From positions 1 through 64,000 of the forward strand of contig JBGFRZ010000082.1 in the NCBI GenBank assembly GCA_041694835.1: a stretch of DNA of 64,000 nucleotides, given 5' to 3'. Shown piece by piece: positions 39,346-49,042 of this stretch; position 1 is the stretch's first letter, and the number at the start of each line of letters is the position of its first letter. The notes under the pieces are model-generated. The model was not told the origin of the DNA, did no database searches, and saw only the letters and a list, made by a program, of their open reading frames with translations. A program made the translations under genes and the position numbers. The DNA is from Ignavibacteria bacterium. Lineage in GTDB: Bacteria; Elusimicrobiota; Endomicrobiia; PHAN01.

Positions 39346-39466
39346 CCGGAAGGCGCTGATAATAAAGAAAATTTTTAAAGGGTGTTAAAGAGTTATCAAT
39401 GTTCTTTTGCAGCCTTGGCGACGGAATTATCGTAGAAATCCGAAGGATTTCATGGGAGGTTGGGCA

Positions 39467-40096
39467 ATGAAAAACGTGATAATTATCGGTCATCCGCTCG
39501 TGCAACACAAACTCAGCGTACTAAGAAACCACGAGACAAAGCCCAAGGACTTCAGGGCGGTACTTCAGGAGATATCGGCTCTGATGTTCTATGAGGTTAC
39601 AAGAAATGTCGGCACTAAAATATCGAAGGTAAAAACCCCTCTCGGGGTATCAAGCACAAGGATAATTTCGGGAAAGATGATAAGTCTCGTTCCGATACTA
39701 AGGGCCGGTCTCGGAATGGTCGAAGGAATTCTGCCTCTCTTGCCACAGTCGAGGATAGGGCACATCGGTCTTTACCGCGATCCGAGAACGCTTCTGCCGG
39801 TCGATTACTTCATAAAACTCCCGAATGACATAGATAAACGCCTCGTCATACTTCTTGATCCTATGCTCGCCACAGGCAACTCGCTTGTCGAGGCGATAAA
39901 CATATTAAAAAAGGAAAAAGTCGGTAAAATCGCCTATCTCGGGATACTCGGCTGCCCTGAAGGAATAAAAAATGTCAGGAAGTTTCATCCCGAAGTGCCG
40001 CTCTATATGGCGGCCGTGGACAGAAAGTTAGATTCGCATGGATACATAATCCCCGGTCTTGGCGACGCCGGAGACAGACTTTTTGGAACGAAATGA
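39467..40096 (+). CDS. upp: Uracil phosphoribosyltransferase
   Basis: HPLVQHKL, PILRAGLGM, DPMLATG, PGLGDAGDR; start ATG 39467 after GGAGG. Confidence 0.96.
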   Translation: MKNVIIIGHPLVQHKLSVLRNHETKPKDFRAVLQEISALMFYEVTRNVGTKISKVKTPLGVSSTRIISGKMISLVPILRAGLGMVEGILPLLPQSRIGHIGLYRDPRTLLPVDYFIKLPNDIDKRLVILLDPMLATGNSLVEAINILKKEKVGKIAYLGILGCPEGIKNVRKFHPEVPLYMAAVDRKLDSHGYIIPGLGDAGDRLFGTK

Positions 40097-40097
40097 A

Positions 40098-41105
40098 ATG
40101 ATTTACATCGCCGGATTTTTATTTTCATTCATCGGAGCGGCGATATTCGTGCCGCTATCGATACTCCTCGCCAGAAAATTCGACGTCCTCGACTATCCGA
40201 AGGCGAGGAAAGTCCATCGACTCCCGCTCCCCAGATGGGGAGGCGTAGGCATCTACATGGGTTTTGCCACAGGGATTTTCGCAATATATCACATCTTCCC
40301 GTCTTTCAAGGAGTTCCTTCAGCAAAGTTATAAAAATCTCCTCTTGGAAAAACAGTTCTGGGGCGTGATACTTGGTTCATCGGTCGCCATGGTGATGGGT
40401 GCGGTCGATGACAAAAAAAACATAAGAGCCATAACAAAATTGCTCGTACAGATAATAGCGGCGTACGTTGCCATGGACTACGGGGTGAGAATATTCGCTC
40501 TCAACATACCGTTTTATAAAACTATCAATTTCCCTCAGTGGTTTTCACAGGCGGTCACGGTTTTATGGTTGATAGGATTCATGAACACGATAAACCTTGC
40601 CGACGGTCTCGACGGACTTGCGGGGGGCATCGTCTTTATAGCATCCTTGACATTCTTTACGGTCAGCCTCATACAAAAACAAACAGCGAGTTTCGGGCTC
40701 GCAAATCAACTGACGCTCTCTGCGGTATTCGCGATAATAGTCGCTGGAACCTCTCTCGGTTTCCTGATTTTTAACTTCCCCCCCGCGAGAGTTTTTATGG
40801 GCGATTCAGGAGCTCTTTTTCTTGGATTTATGCTCGCTACGATATCCGCCACGGGAGCCCTGAAATCAACCGCTTTCCTATCGCTTTTCATACCCATTAT
40901 AGTCATCGCTCTACCGATTCTCGACGTATGCCTTTCTATTTTCAGGAGATGGCGCAAAGGGGTGAAGCTCTCCACCCCAGACAAAGAACATATACACCAT
41001 AAGTTTTTGAAATTCGGATGGACGCAGAGGGAAGTTGTTCTTTTGATGTATGTCTTTACGTTGATTCTTTCAAACATCGCTGTGATAACGACAATCATCA
41101 AATAA
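40098..41105 (+). CDS. WecA/TagO-type undecaprenyl-phosphate GlcNAc-1-phosphate transferase (MraY family)
   Basis: GAVDD, NLADGLDGLA, FMGDSG, HIHH; start ATG 40098. Confidence 0.92.
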   Translation: MIYIAGFLFSFIGAAIFVPLSILLARKFDVLDYPKARKVHRLPLPRWGGVGIYMGFATGIFAIYHIFPSFKEFLQQSYKNLLLEKQFWGVILGSSVAMVMGAVDDKKNIRAITKLLVQIIAAYVAMDYGVRIFALNIPFYKTINFPQWFSQAVTVLWLIGFMNTINLADGLDGLAGGIVFIASLTFFTVSLIQKQTASFGLANQLTLSAVFAIIVAGTSLGFLIFNFPPARVFMGDSGALFLGFMLATISATGALKSTAFLSLFIPIIVIALPILDVCLSIFRRWRKGVKLSTPDKEHIHHKFLKFGWTQREVVLLMYVFTLILSNIAVITTIIK

Positions 41106-41110
41106 AACAC

Positions 41111-42247
41111 ATGTCTAAAAAAATACTCTTTGTTTTCGGAACAAGACCCGAAGCCATAAAGATGGCGCCGGTGATTAAACGCTTCCAAGTTCCAGGTTCC
41201 AGGTTCAAGGCAAGCGTTTGCGTTACAGCACAACACAGACAGATATTGGACGATGTCCTGAAACTATTTGAAATAAAACCTGACTACGATCTCAACATAA
41301 TGCAGGAAAACCAGACGCTCACCCATATAACCACCGAGACACTGAATCGCCTTGAAAAAGTTCTGACGAAAGAGAAACCAGACATGGTCCTCGTCCACGG
41401 CGACACGACAACAACATTCGCTGCTGCTCTTGCCGCCTTCTACAAAAAAATCCCTGTGGGCCACGTGGAGGCCGGTTTGAGAACTTACGACAAAAACCAT
41501 CCTTATCCAGAGGAGGCCAACAGGCTGCTAACCGACTCCATATGCGATATATATTTTGCTCCGACAAAAACGGCTGAAGCGGCGCTTAAAAAAGAAAATA
41601 TACCCGCAAAAAATATCCTGATAACCGGCAACACCGTCATCGACGCTCTATATTTTGCCTTGAACCAAAAAAAAGAATTTTCAAATTTATCGTTAAGAAA
41701 TATGTTTTCATCCGTCATCCGTCATCCGTCATCCGCTATTATATTATTGACCTGCCACAGGAGAGAAAACTTTGGAAAACCCATCATCAACATATTCAAT
41801 GCCATAAAGGTCGTATCGGAAAAATATAGAGTAACGGTGATATATCCTGTCCATCCGAACCCCAACATAAAAGAGCCTGCAAAAAAAATACTCGGTGGAG
41901 CAAAAAATATAAAACTCATTGAACCTTTAAACTATTTCGACCTCGTGAAACTCATGGCGAAGTCATATTTTGTCGTCACCGACTCAGGCGGCATACAGGA
42001 AGAAGCGCCATCTCTGGGCAAACCGGTTCTGGTGCTGAGGAATGTTTCCGAGAGACCCGAGGCCATTAAATCCGGGGTTGCGAAAGTGATAGGAACTGAC
42101 TACAAGAATGTAAAATATGAAATTGAAAAACTTCTGACCAACAAAAACGCTTACAACAAAATGTCACGTGGAGTTAATCCCTACGGCGATGGAAAGGCGA
42201 GCCAGAGAATTTTAGACGCCGTCAAATTTTATTTTAGTGCTCTGTGA
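41111..42247 (+). CDS. wecB: UDP-N-acetylglucosamine 2-epimerase (non-hydrolysing)
   Basis: GTRPEAIK, VHGDT, HVEAGLR, HRREN, DSGGIQEEA, NPYGDG; start ATG 41111. Confidence 0.96.
   Translation: MSKKILFVFGTRPEAIKMAPVIKRFQVPGSRFKASVCVTAQHRQILDDVLKLFEIKPDYDLNIMQENQTLTHITTETLNRLEKVLTKEKPDMVLVHGDTTTTFAAALAAFYKKIPVGHVEAGLRTYDKNHPYPEEANRLLTDSICDIYFAPTKTAEAALKKENIPAKNILITGNTVIDALYFALNQKKEFSNLSLRNMFSSVIRHPSSAIILLTCHRRENFGKPIINIFNAIKVVSEKYRVTVIYPVHPNPNIKEPAKKILGGAKNIKLIEPLNYFDLVKLMAKSYFVVTDSGGIQEEAPSLGKPVLVLRNVSERPEAIKSGVAKVIGTDYKNVKYEIEKLLTNKNAYNKMSRGVNPYGDGKASQRILDAVKFYFSAL
41183..41210 (+). repeat. In-frame 7-mer tandem repeat in wecB
   Basis: TTCCAAG TTCCAGG TTCCAGG TTCAAGG (FQVPGSRFK). Confidence 0.85.
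41708..41735 (+). repeat. In-frame 7-mer tandem repeat in wecB
   Basis: (TCATCCG)x4 (SSVIRHPSS). Confidence 0.9.
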
Positions 42248-42262
42248 ATTTCGCTGTTTATA

Positions 42263-42583
42263 ATGATGAAAAAATACATAAAAGGAAAGCACGAATATAT
42301 TATTTGGGGGAAAAAAGCCAAACAGGTGAAAACCTTGTTGAAAAAAAAGAGGGGAATTAATTCCCCCCTGCATGAGCCGTCGCAAGAGCGCGGTATCAGC
42401 ATAATATCCGAGAGCTATCCGGATGAATTTACGATTATCGCAAATCAAGATGAGTTTATTATAGACTTTCTGAAACATCTTGCGCCGAATCACTTAAAAA
42501 TCTTAAAAAGATTTATAATCTCGCCGAAGAAAGTTAAAGAGCTCTTGTTAAATTCCGGGTTTAGTTTTCCAACGTCGGTGTAA
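42263..42583 (+). CDS. Hypothetical protein
   Basis: 106-aa ORF continuing the operon; overlaps the convergent gene by 36 bp; no recognised motif. Confidence 0.45.
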   Translation: MMKKYIKGKHEYIIWGKKAKQVKTLLKKKRGINSPLHEPSQERGISIISESYPDEFTIIANQDEFIIDFLKHLAPNHLKILKRFIISPKKVKELLLNSGFSFPTSV

Positions 42584-43426
42584 CCAGAACCAGTGGTCGG
42601 GATATTTCAGGACAAACTCTTCAAGTTTTTTGGTGTATCTTTGGGTATAAATTTTTATGGCTTCCTCTTCGTCTAAATCGGGAGATGGCGGCGGGATTTC
42701 TTCGAAATAAATCCTGAATCTCTTACCCTCTCTGACTATGAAGCAGCTAACAAGCGTCGATTTCGTTCTTATGGCGAGCGCCGCGGGACCTTTTGGGGTG
42801 GAAGAAGGTCGTCCAAGAAAATCCACAAATACCCCTCTTTCGCGAGCGTCCTGGTCAGAAAGTATGCCGACCATCTCGCCGGATTTCAGAGCTTTAAGAA
42901 TTTTCAGTGTCATCTCAAGAGGAATTATCTTCATTCCTTTTTTTGTTCTATAAGAATTCAAGAGTTCATCAGCTTTTATGTTGTGTTGTCTCTTGACGAG
43001 AAAATTCACGGGAAAGTATTTAACAAGAACTGCTCCCATAAGCTCCCAGTTGCCAAAGTGCCCCGAGACAAAAATCGCCCCTTTTTTTGCTGCGGCAAGT
43101 TTCTCTAACAAATTGCGTCCCTCTATCTCGACCATTTTGTCTATGTCTTCAATCGTGAGTTTTGGAAAAAATATCAACTCTACCATTGAAGTCAAAAACT
43201 GGATATAGACGCCGCGGGCCAGTTCCCAAATCTCAGATTTAGTTTTATCTCTGAACGTTTCTTCGAGGCGGTTTATGACCTCTTTCCTTCTTATTGGAAG
43301 TATATAAAATACAAACCCGCCCAGAATCCTCGCAAAAAATCTTCCAAAATCCAAAGGGAAGAGACGCAGTATGTGCGCCGTCATTTGAAGAGTGAGATAC
43401 AGCAAGAAGTAAAATATTTTTTTCAT
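42548..43426 (-). CDS. Lipid A late acyltransferase (LpxL/HtrB-like lysophospholipid acyltransferase)
   Basis: GHFGNWE, LSDQ, VDFLG, YPDHWFWLHRRWK. Confidence 0.9.
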   Translation of the reverse strand: MKKIFYFLLYLTLQMTAHILRLFPLDFGRFFARILGGFVFYILPIRRKEVINRLEETFRDKTKSEIWELARGVYIQFLTSMVELIFFPKLTIEDIDKMVEIEGRNLLEKLAAAKKGAIFVSGHFGNWELMGAVLVKYFPVNFLVKRQHNIKADELLNSYRTKKGMKIIPLEMTLKILKALKSGEMVGILSDQDARERGVFVDFLGRPSSTPKGPAALAIRTKSTLVSCFIVREGKRFRIYFEEIPPPSPDLDEEEAIKIYTQRYTKKLEEFVLKYPDHWFWLHRRWKTKPGI

Positions 43427-44637
43427 GAGTTTGTGGAACCTTCGCCCAACTTTACAACATCTTCATTCCGCCGTTCGCCCCTGCGGGTTGAACTTCTTCT
43501 TGTAACCATGTCGGCTAACCAAGAATACTCTATGAATATCGCTTTATCCGGGCACATCTCGTGGCAGCACATACACTCGATGCAGTAATCTTTTCTTACA
43601 ACAACGCGGTTATCTTCCCTGAATATGGCGCTGGCCGGGCACGATTTAAGGCAGAGCTGACATCTGGTGCAGATATCATCGTCTATCTTCGGCTTGGCCC
43701 AGAAAATCTTCCTGATCATAGGACCCAGAAATCGGGGAACCATTTTTATTTTCCAGTTCGATGGTTTCTTAAAATCGCTTATTCTGAAATCTTCCATTTT
43801 TCCATCGCCGAGGACATCTATTTCTGCAAAACGAGAATTGCCCAATTTGATTTTTTCGGCTGCTCTTATCGTCGGGTCACGTTGAGGGTCGAACCCCATT
43901 ATATATGCTATTACGGCATCAACCGCAACAAGGTCATTTCCCATTATTATAAGCCCGGTTTTTCTGATGCTCCCCGCCAGGGGTCCTTCGCCCTCCATCG
44001 AAGTTATGGCATCGACTATCGCGAATCTCGGCTTTATATGAAATGCTATATCGGCCAGGACTTCCCCGAAGTCGTCGGGATGGGTGGATAGAAAATGATA
44101 ATGGGCCTTCCTCAGTCCTGATATGCATCCGTAGAGATTTTTTATCGCACCTGTGAAAAGCATAAGGGTGTGTGTCTTCATTTTCGGAAGTGAAATGAGA
44201 GCATCGGCTTCGAAGACGGCATTTGAAATCTCAAGACTTTTTATTCTTTTGTTTCGAAGATTGGACTGAATTATTTTTGACCCGTATTTTTCAAAAACTA
44301 TTTTATTCGCTCCTTCTTTTTCACAACTTCCGCTTATACCGGTTTCTTGCCAAACCCTTTCTACTCCGCTTACGGCACCGCCGGGGCTGTCGCCGACCGC
44401 TATAGCATCGCTGTTTTTTTTGAAACATCTAATGCATGCTCTTAAAAATTCTGGGTGGGTCGTTATGCCTGTTTCCGGCTTTTTCGCTGAAAGCATGTTT
44501 GGTTTAAGGAGTATCTTCTCGCCTTTCTTAAAAAAGGAATCGATACCGCCTAAAATATCGAACCCTCTTTCTAAGACGGCATGGATTTTATCGGCATTAT
44601 AATCTTTGCATTTCAATATCGCGACCTTTGATTTCAT
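43423..44637 (-). CDS. DUF362 protein with C-terminal 2x[4Fe-4S] ferredoxin domain
   Basis: LLKPN, TTHP, PKMKTH, KNLYG, MEGEGP; CxxCxxCxxxCP twice. Confidence 0.88.
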   Translation of the reverse strand: MKSKVAILKCKDYNADKIHAVLERGFDILGGIDSFFKKGEKILLKPNMLSAKKPETGITTHPEFLRACIRCFKKNSDAIAVGDSPGGAVSGVERVWQETGISGSCEKEGANKIVFEKYGSKIIQSNLRNKRIKSLEISNAVFEADALISLPKMKTHTLMLFTGAIKNLYGCISGLRKAHYHFLSTHPDDFGEVLADIAFHIKPRFAIVDAITSMEGEGPLAGSIRKTGLIIMGNDLVAVDAVIAYIMGFDPQRDPTIRAAEKIKLGNSRFAEIDVLGDGKMEDFRISDFKKPSNWKIKMVPRFLGPMIRKIFWAKPKIDDDICTRCQLCLKSCPASAIFREDNRVVVRKDYCIECMCCHEMCPDKAIFIEYSWLADMVTRRSSTRRGERRNEDVVKLGEGSTNS

Positions 44638-44655
44638 ATTTTTCAGACGGAACTA

Positions 44656-44673
44656 TCGAACATTTGTTCGAAT
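44656..44673. promoter_or_regulatory. LexA-box-like palindrome, copy 2
   Basis: TCGAACATTTGTTCGAAT, 18 nt from ATG of the DUF362 gene. Confidence 0.55.
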
Positions 44674-45405
44674 TTACCGACGAAACATTTTTATCTTTAG
44701 AATTTTATAGACAAAAACCGGAAGGTTAATCACACTTTTTATGCGGCGAGGCTCCTGAATAAGTCTGTAAAGCCATTCGGCGCCGAGAGTTCTGAATATT
44801 CCGGGTGCCCTCTTAAGTTTCCCGGATATGACGTCAAAACTGCCTCCGACGCCCATAGCGATTTTTACATTCATATTTTTTAAATTCTCGCCTATCCAGA
44901 TTTCTTGCTTCGGTATGCCGAGCCCAACAAAGAGTATATTCGCGTGGCTTGTGGCGATTTTTCTTACAACATCGTCCGACTCTTCATATGAAAAATAGCC
45001 GCTATGAAATCCCGCTATATGCAATGTGGGGAACATTGACTTTAATTTTTCAAAGGCCTTTTCGATGATTTCGGCGGATGAACCAAGCAAAAATATGCTG
45101 AATTTATTCTGCGCGGCGAGACGGAGTATCCTGAAAACAAGGTCAATGCCGGCTGTATTTTTTATCTTATGATTATACAAAAATTTGACGGCCCATGAAA
45201 TTCCGGAAGATTCGGGAATTATAAGATCCGAGTTTAAAACTGCCGCACTAAATGCCCGATTTTTTTTCATCTCAATACACATCAGCGAGTTGAAGGTGAC
45301 TATCTGGTGGGGTTTGTCCGACGAAAGGTACTCTCTTATTTTTTCATCAAACTCATCTTCCGAGAAACAGACAAGCGGTATGCCGTCGAAGTCGATGCTC
45401 TCCAT
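44674..45405 (-). CDS. WecG/TagA/CpsF family glycosyltransferase
   Basis: GIDL, GFHSGYF, VGLGIPKQE, GVGGSFD, RAP, EWLYRL..EPRR. Confidence 0.92.
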   Translation of the reverse strand: MESIDFDGIPLVCFSEDEFDEKIREYLSSDKPHQIVTFNSLMCIEMKKNRAFSAAVLNSDLIIPESSGISWAVKFLYNHKIKNTAGIDLVFRILRLAAQNKFSIFLLGSSAEIIEKAFEKLKSMFPTLHIAGFHSGYFSYEESDDVVRKIATSHANILFVGLGIPKQEIWIGENLKNMNVKIAMGVGGSFDVISGKLKRAPGIFRTLGAEWLYRLIQEPRRIKSVINLPVFVYKILKIKMFRR

Positions 45406-45410
45406 TTAAA

Positions 45411-48400
45411 CTAAACCGCCACAGGTGACGATAAATCGGCCGGGGGTTTTTCGAACTTCATCGAGATGATTTTCGAAACTCCGAACTCTTCCATCGTAAC
45501 ACCATAGATGACATCGGCTCTGAGCATGGTGCGTTTGTTGTGGGTTATCATAAGAAACTGTGACTTTTCGGTGAATGTCTCCAGAAGATTCAGAAATCTC
45601 TCGACGTTCGATTCGTCAAGCGGAGCATCGACCTCGTCCAGAAGGCAAAAGGGAGACGGCCTTACTAGATATATGGCAAAAAGGAGGGCCACGGCCGTAA
45701 GGGATTTCTCTCCCCCCGAGAGAAGGTTTATGTTTTGAAGTTTTTTCCCGGGCGGCTGGGCTATTATCTCGACCCCGCTCTCGAGTATGTTTTCCTTGTC
45801 GGTAAGAATGAGATCTGCCTGTCCCCCCTCAAAGAGCTTTGTAAAGATGTTCTGAAAATTTTCTCTCACTTTTTCCCATGTTTCAGAGAACTGCTGTTTC
45901 GTCGTCTGATTAATTTTCGCTATTATCTCTTCAAGATCCGCTTTGGCATTTTCAAGATCGTTTTTTTGCTGAAGTATGAACTCATATTTTTTGTTCAGGG
46001 CATCGTACTCTTCGGGAGCGGCAAGATTTACCGAGCCAAGGAGTTCTATCTTTTTCCTGAGCTTCGAAAGCTCCTCAGCGTCAAGAAGCGACTCCGAGAG
46101 ACGATGTCTGGCGACTTCCTCATTCACCTCGAACTCATCGGCGAGTCTGGACAGATGCGCCGAAATTTCAACATTATATGTCTTTATCTCAAGCTCGAGG
46201 TGATGTATCTTTTCCAGAAGGGATTCCTTTTCGAGTGCGAACTTCTGGATATTTGCCTCAAGAGCGGCGAGTTCTGAGTTTTTGGAGTCCCTTTCTTTCA
46301 AAATCTCCTCAAGATGCGACTGCATCTGTGTTTTTTCGGTCTGACATCTTTTTATCAACTCGATGTTTTCAGAGTTTGTGCCTCTATGGATTTCTGTCTC
46401 TTTTTTCCAGTTTTCTATCTCGCTTGCGTTGTTTTCAATGCTGTTTTTCAGGAACGTTATCTTGGAATCGACAAGCTGAATGTTGTTTTTTAAAGACTCT
46501 ATCTGCGGATTAATCTTCATAAGCTCCGCTTTTATATCATCTATCTTCTTTTTCTTCCGCTCTTCTTCCGGTCTGATTTTCTCAATCTCTTCGTCGAGAG
46601 CGGCAACTTTATCCCTTGACGCCTTTTCTCTGATTTCCAGTTCTTCTATCTCTTTCGTCGTATCGCTTATGGTTTTCGCAATTTTTTCCATATCCGCTTT
46701 TGTCTGCGAGAATTCCTCGCTGATGAGGTTTTGCAGGTTTATTTTCTCCCTGAGAAGTCCCCTCATCTGTGATATCTCCTTCTCATACCATCTTAAAGCG
46801 AAATCTTTATCGTTTTTCAAATCCTCGGCAGTTTTCAACTCTTTTTTAAGAGCCTCGTTCTCGGAAATAACAATGTCGAACTCTTCTTTTGAATTTTCGA
46901 AAATTTTCATTTCTGATTTGAGGGCGGATTCGTTTTCCTTTTTTTTCACAATCACCTCCGCCTGAACGGACGCTATCTTGCCACCGCGAATGAGCACTCC
47001 ATCGTAAACTACTTCTCCGTCAAGTCTTACGGACGACAAAAGATAATTTATCGCTTTGCTGCATTCTGCCGGAATTTCCATCATTTCATCGACTTTTTTA
47101 TTTTTCGTGAAGTGTTCTATTTTCTCATCAACAACGAATGTAAGTCCGCCGAGTTCTTTTTCCGAAAGTAAATTTATCGCGGCTAATGCGTCGCTTTCCG
47201 TCTGAGCTATTATATAGTACGCTTTCTCGCCCAAAAGAGCGGACACGACTTTTTCAAACCCTTGTTTAATTTTTATCAGATCCATCACGGGTCCTTTTAT
47301 GTGAGGAAATTCAGACAACACTGTCCGTATGGACGATAAAACCGGATCGGTAGTTTCGAACTGTGCAAATGCCTTAAGTTCTCCCTCCAGCAACGATATC
47401 GTCTGTTTCAACTGGAAAATCCTGTTTCTCAGTTCCTCGGCTTTCGCCTCGGTCTCTTTAAGTTTGGAAATCGATGCCGAAAAACTTATATCAAGAGCTC
47501 CCTTTTGATTTTTTATCTCGCTTTCCTCCGACGATTTCTTCGATATTTCTTCCTCGAGATTTTTTATCTCATTTAAGTTATCGTTGATTTCAGAATTCAA
47601 TCTATTGGCGTCGGCATCCAAATGCTGAAGGTCAGATTCAAGTCTGGCTTTCAGGTTTGTCTTCTCCGTGAGGCGTGGAAGGAAAGATGACCATATGCGA
47701 TTCCTCTCTTCTTCGCGACAAGAGTAAATCTCGGAGTATCTTTTTGCGACGACTTCATAATCCGAAGAGTCGAGTTCACATCTTTCAATGATTTTCGAGG
47801 CGGCAAGCTCGGAGTCGGAGAGCTTCCCGGAAAGACCTTTTAGGCTCTCTTCAAGAGCCGATATTTCTGCAAAACCTCTTTCCATCTCCTCTGTCCGTGA
47901 TTTTATTTTTTCTTCGGCGATTTTTATCATCGCTTCGGACTGTTCGATTTTCGAATCCGCAATCTCTATCTTCGACGATATTCTTGAGATTTCGTCCTGA
48001 AGCGTTATAATTTTATTATCCGCATCTATTGCCCATGCTTTTATTCTCTCGGCAGAAGCAAGAAGTCCGTCTATGCTTGCGATGTTTTTATGCTTCTCAT
48101 CGACGAGCGGACAAAGTTCTTTTTGGAGTTCATCAATCTTCCTTCTGTTTTCGTCTATGCGGTGGATTATCTGTGTGATCTCCGCTCTTAGAAGTTCATC
48201 TTTGAGTTTCTGATACTGCTTTGACTTTCTCGCCGCCGACTCAAGTGCTTTAACCTGTTCGTGGTGAAACGAAAGAAGAACGTTAATCCGGCTTATGTCC
48301 TGTTGGACCCTTTCGATCTTCCTCAGGGATTCTTCTTTTCTGAACTTATATCTGGATATGCCGGCGGCTTCTTCAAGAAGTTCTCTTTTTTCTTCGGACT

Positions 48401-48857
48401 TGGAGCCAATTATAAACTCGACGCGACCCTGCTCTATAATGGAGTAGCCGTCAGCGCCTATCCCCGTGTCGGCGAATAAATCCCTTATATCTTTAAGGCG
48501 ACATGGAGAGTTGTTTATGAAATACTCGCATTCTCCCGATCTGAAAATCTTCCTTGTTATGACGACTTCCGAAAAATCTATCGGAAGGACGTTTTGAGCG
48601 TTGTCGAATATCAGCGAAACCTCGGCCATGCCGAGAGGGGGGCGGTTTTGTGTTCCGTTGAATATTACATCAACCATCTGTTTCGAGCGGAGCGACTTTG
48701 CGCTCTGCTCTCCTAGTACCCACTTTATGGCGTCCGATACATTTGATTTGCCACAGCCGTTGGGTCCGACTATTATAGAAATTCCCGGGCCGAATTCAAG
48801 TTTTGTTTTTTCGGCAAATGACTTAAATCCTATGACTTCGATATTTTTAAGATACAT
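45411..48857 (-). CDS. smc: Chromosome segregation protein SMC
   Basis: GPNGCGKSN Walker A, long coiled coils, hinge, LSGGE signature, LDEVDAPLD. Confidence 0.96.
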   Translation of the reverse strand: MYLKNIEVIGFKSFAEKTKLEFGPGISIIVGPNGCGKSNVSDAIKWVLGEQSAKSLRSKQMVDVIFNGTQNRPPLGMAEVSLIFDNAQNVLPIDFSEVVITRKIFRSGECEYFINNSPCRLKDIRDLFADTGIGADGYSIIEQGRVEFIIGSKSEEKRELLEEAAGISRYKFRKEESLRKIERVQQDISRINVLLSFHHEQVKALESAARKSKQYQKLKDELLRAEITQIIHRIDENRRKIDELQKELCPLVDEKHKNIASIDGLLASAERIKAWAIDADNKIITLQDEISRISSKIEIADSKIEQSEAMIKIAEEKIKSRTEEMERGFAEISALEESLKGLSGKLSDSELAASKIIERCELDSSDYEVVAKRYSEIYSCREEERNRIWSSFLPRLTEKTNLKARLESDLQHLDADANRLNSEINDNLNEIKNLEEEISKKSSEESEIKNQKGALDISFSASISKLKETEAKAEELRNRIFQLKQTISLLEGELKAFAQFETTDPVLSSIRTVLSEFPHIKGPVMDLIKIKQGFEKVVSALLGEKAYYIIAQTESDALAAINLLSEKELGGLTFVVDEKIEHFTKNKKVDEMMEIPAECSKAINYLLSSVRLDGEVVYDGVLIRGGKIASVQAEVIVKKKENESALKSEMKIFENSKEEFDIVISENEALKKELKTAEDLKNDKDFALRWYEKEISQMRGLLREKINLQNLISEEFSQTKADMEKIAKTISDTTKEIEELEIREKASRDKVAALDEEIEKIRPEEERKKKKIDDIKAELMKINPQIESLKNNIQLVDSKITFLKNSIENNASEIENWKKETEIHRGTNSENIELIKRCQTEKTQMQSHLEEILKERDSKNSELAALEANIQKFALEKESLLEKIHHLELEIKTYNVEISAHLSRLADEFEVNEEVARHRLSESLLDAEELSKLRKKIELLGSVNLAAPEEYDALNKKYEFILQQKNDLENAKADLEEIIAKINQTTKQQFSETWEKVRENFQNIFTKLFEGGQADLILTDKENILESGVEIIAQPPGKKLQNINLLSGGEKSLTAVALLFAIYLVRPSPFCLLDEVDAPLDESNVERFLNLLETFTEKSQFLMITHNKRTMLRADVIYGVTMEEFGVSKIISMKFEKPPADLSSPVAV

Positions 48858-48908
48858 GGCTTATCAAGATTTTTCCTTTTTTTATTAAATACTATCAAAT
48901 TTTGTCAT

Positions 48909-48937
48909 ATTCTATCAAATAAAATATGTTATGTCAA
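48909..48937 (-). promoter_or_regulatory. sigma70 promoter of smc
   Basis: TTGACA-17 bp-TAGAAT with extended TG. Confidence 0.75.
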
Positions 48938-48944
48938 TAATTCC

Positions 48945-48997
48945 CAAAAAAAATTCTCCCCGCCTGAACCTTTGCGAAGAAGGTGGCAGGGAGAAAT
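48945..48997 (-). terminator. Probable terminator downstream of DUF4416 gene
   Basis: Minus strand TTCTCCCTGCC...GGCGGGGAGAA stem followed by a T run. Confidence 0.6.
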
Positions 48998-49042
48998 CTA
49001 ATATACTAATAATAAATTTTTTTTATTTTGTCAAGGTTTTTT

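Noticed and set aside
39435-39451. Hairpin GAAATCC-GAA-GGATTTC before the upp RBS as a PyrR attenuator
   Set aside because: No PyrR-binding consensus or terminator/antiterminator is visible.
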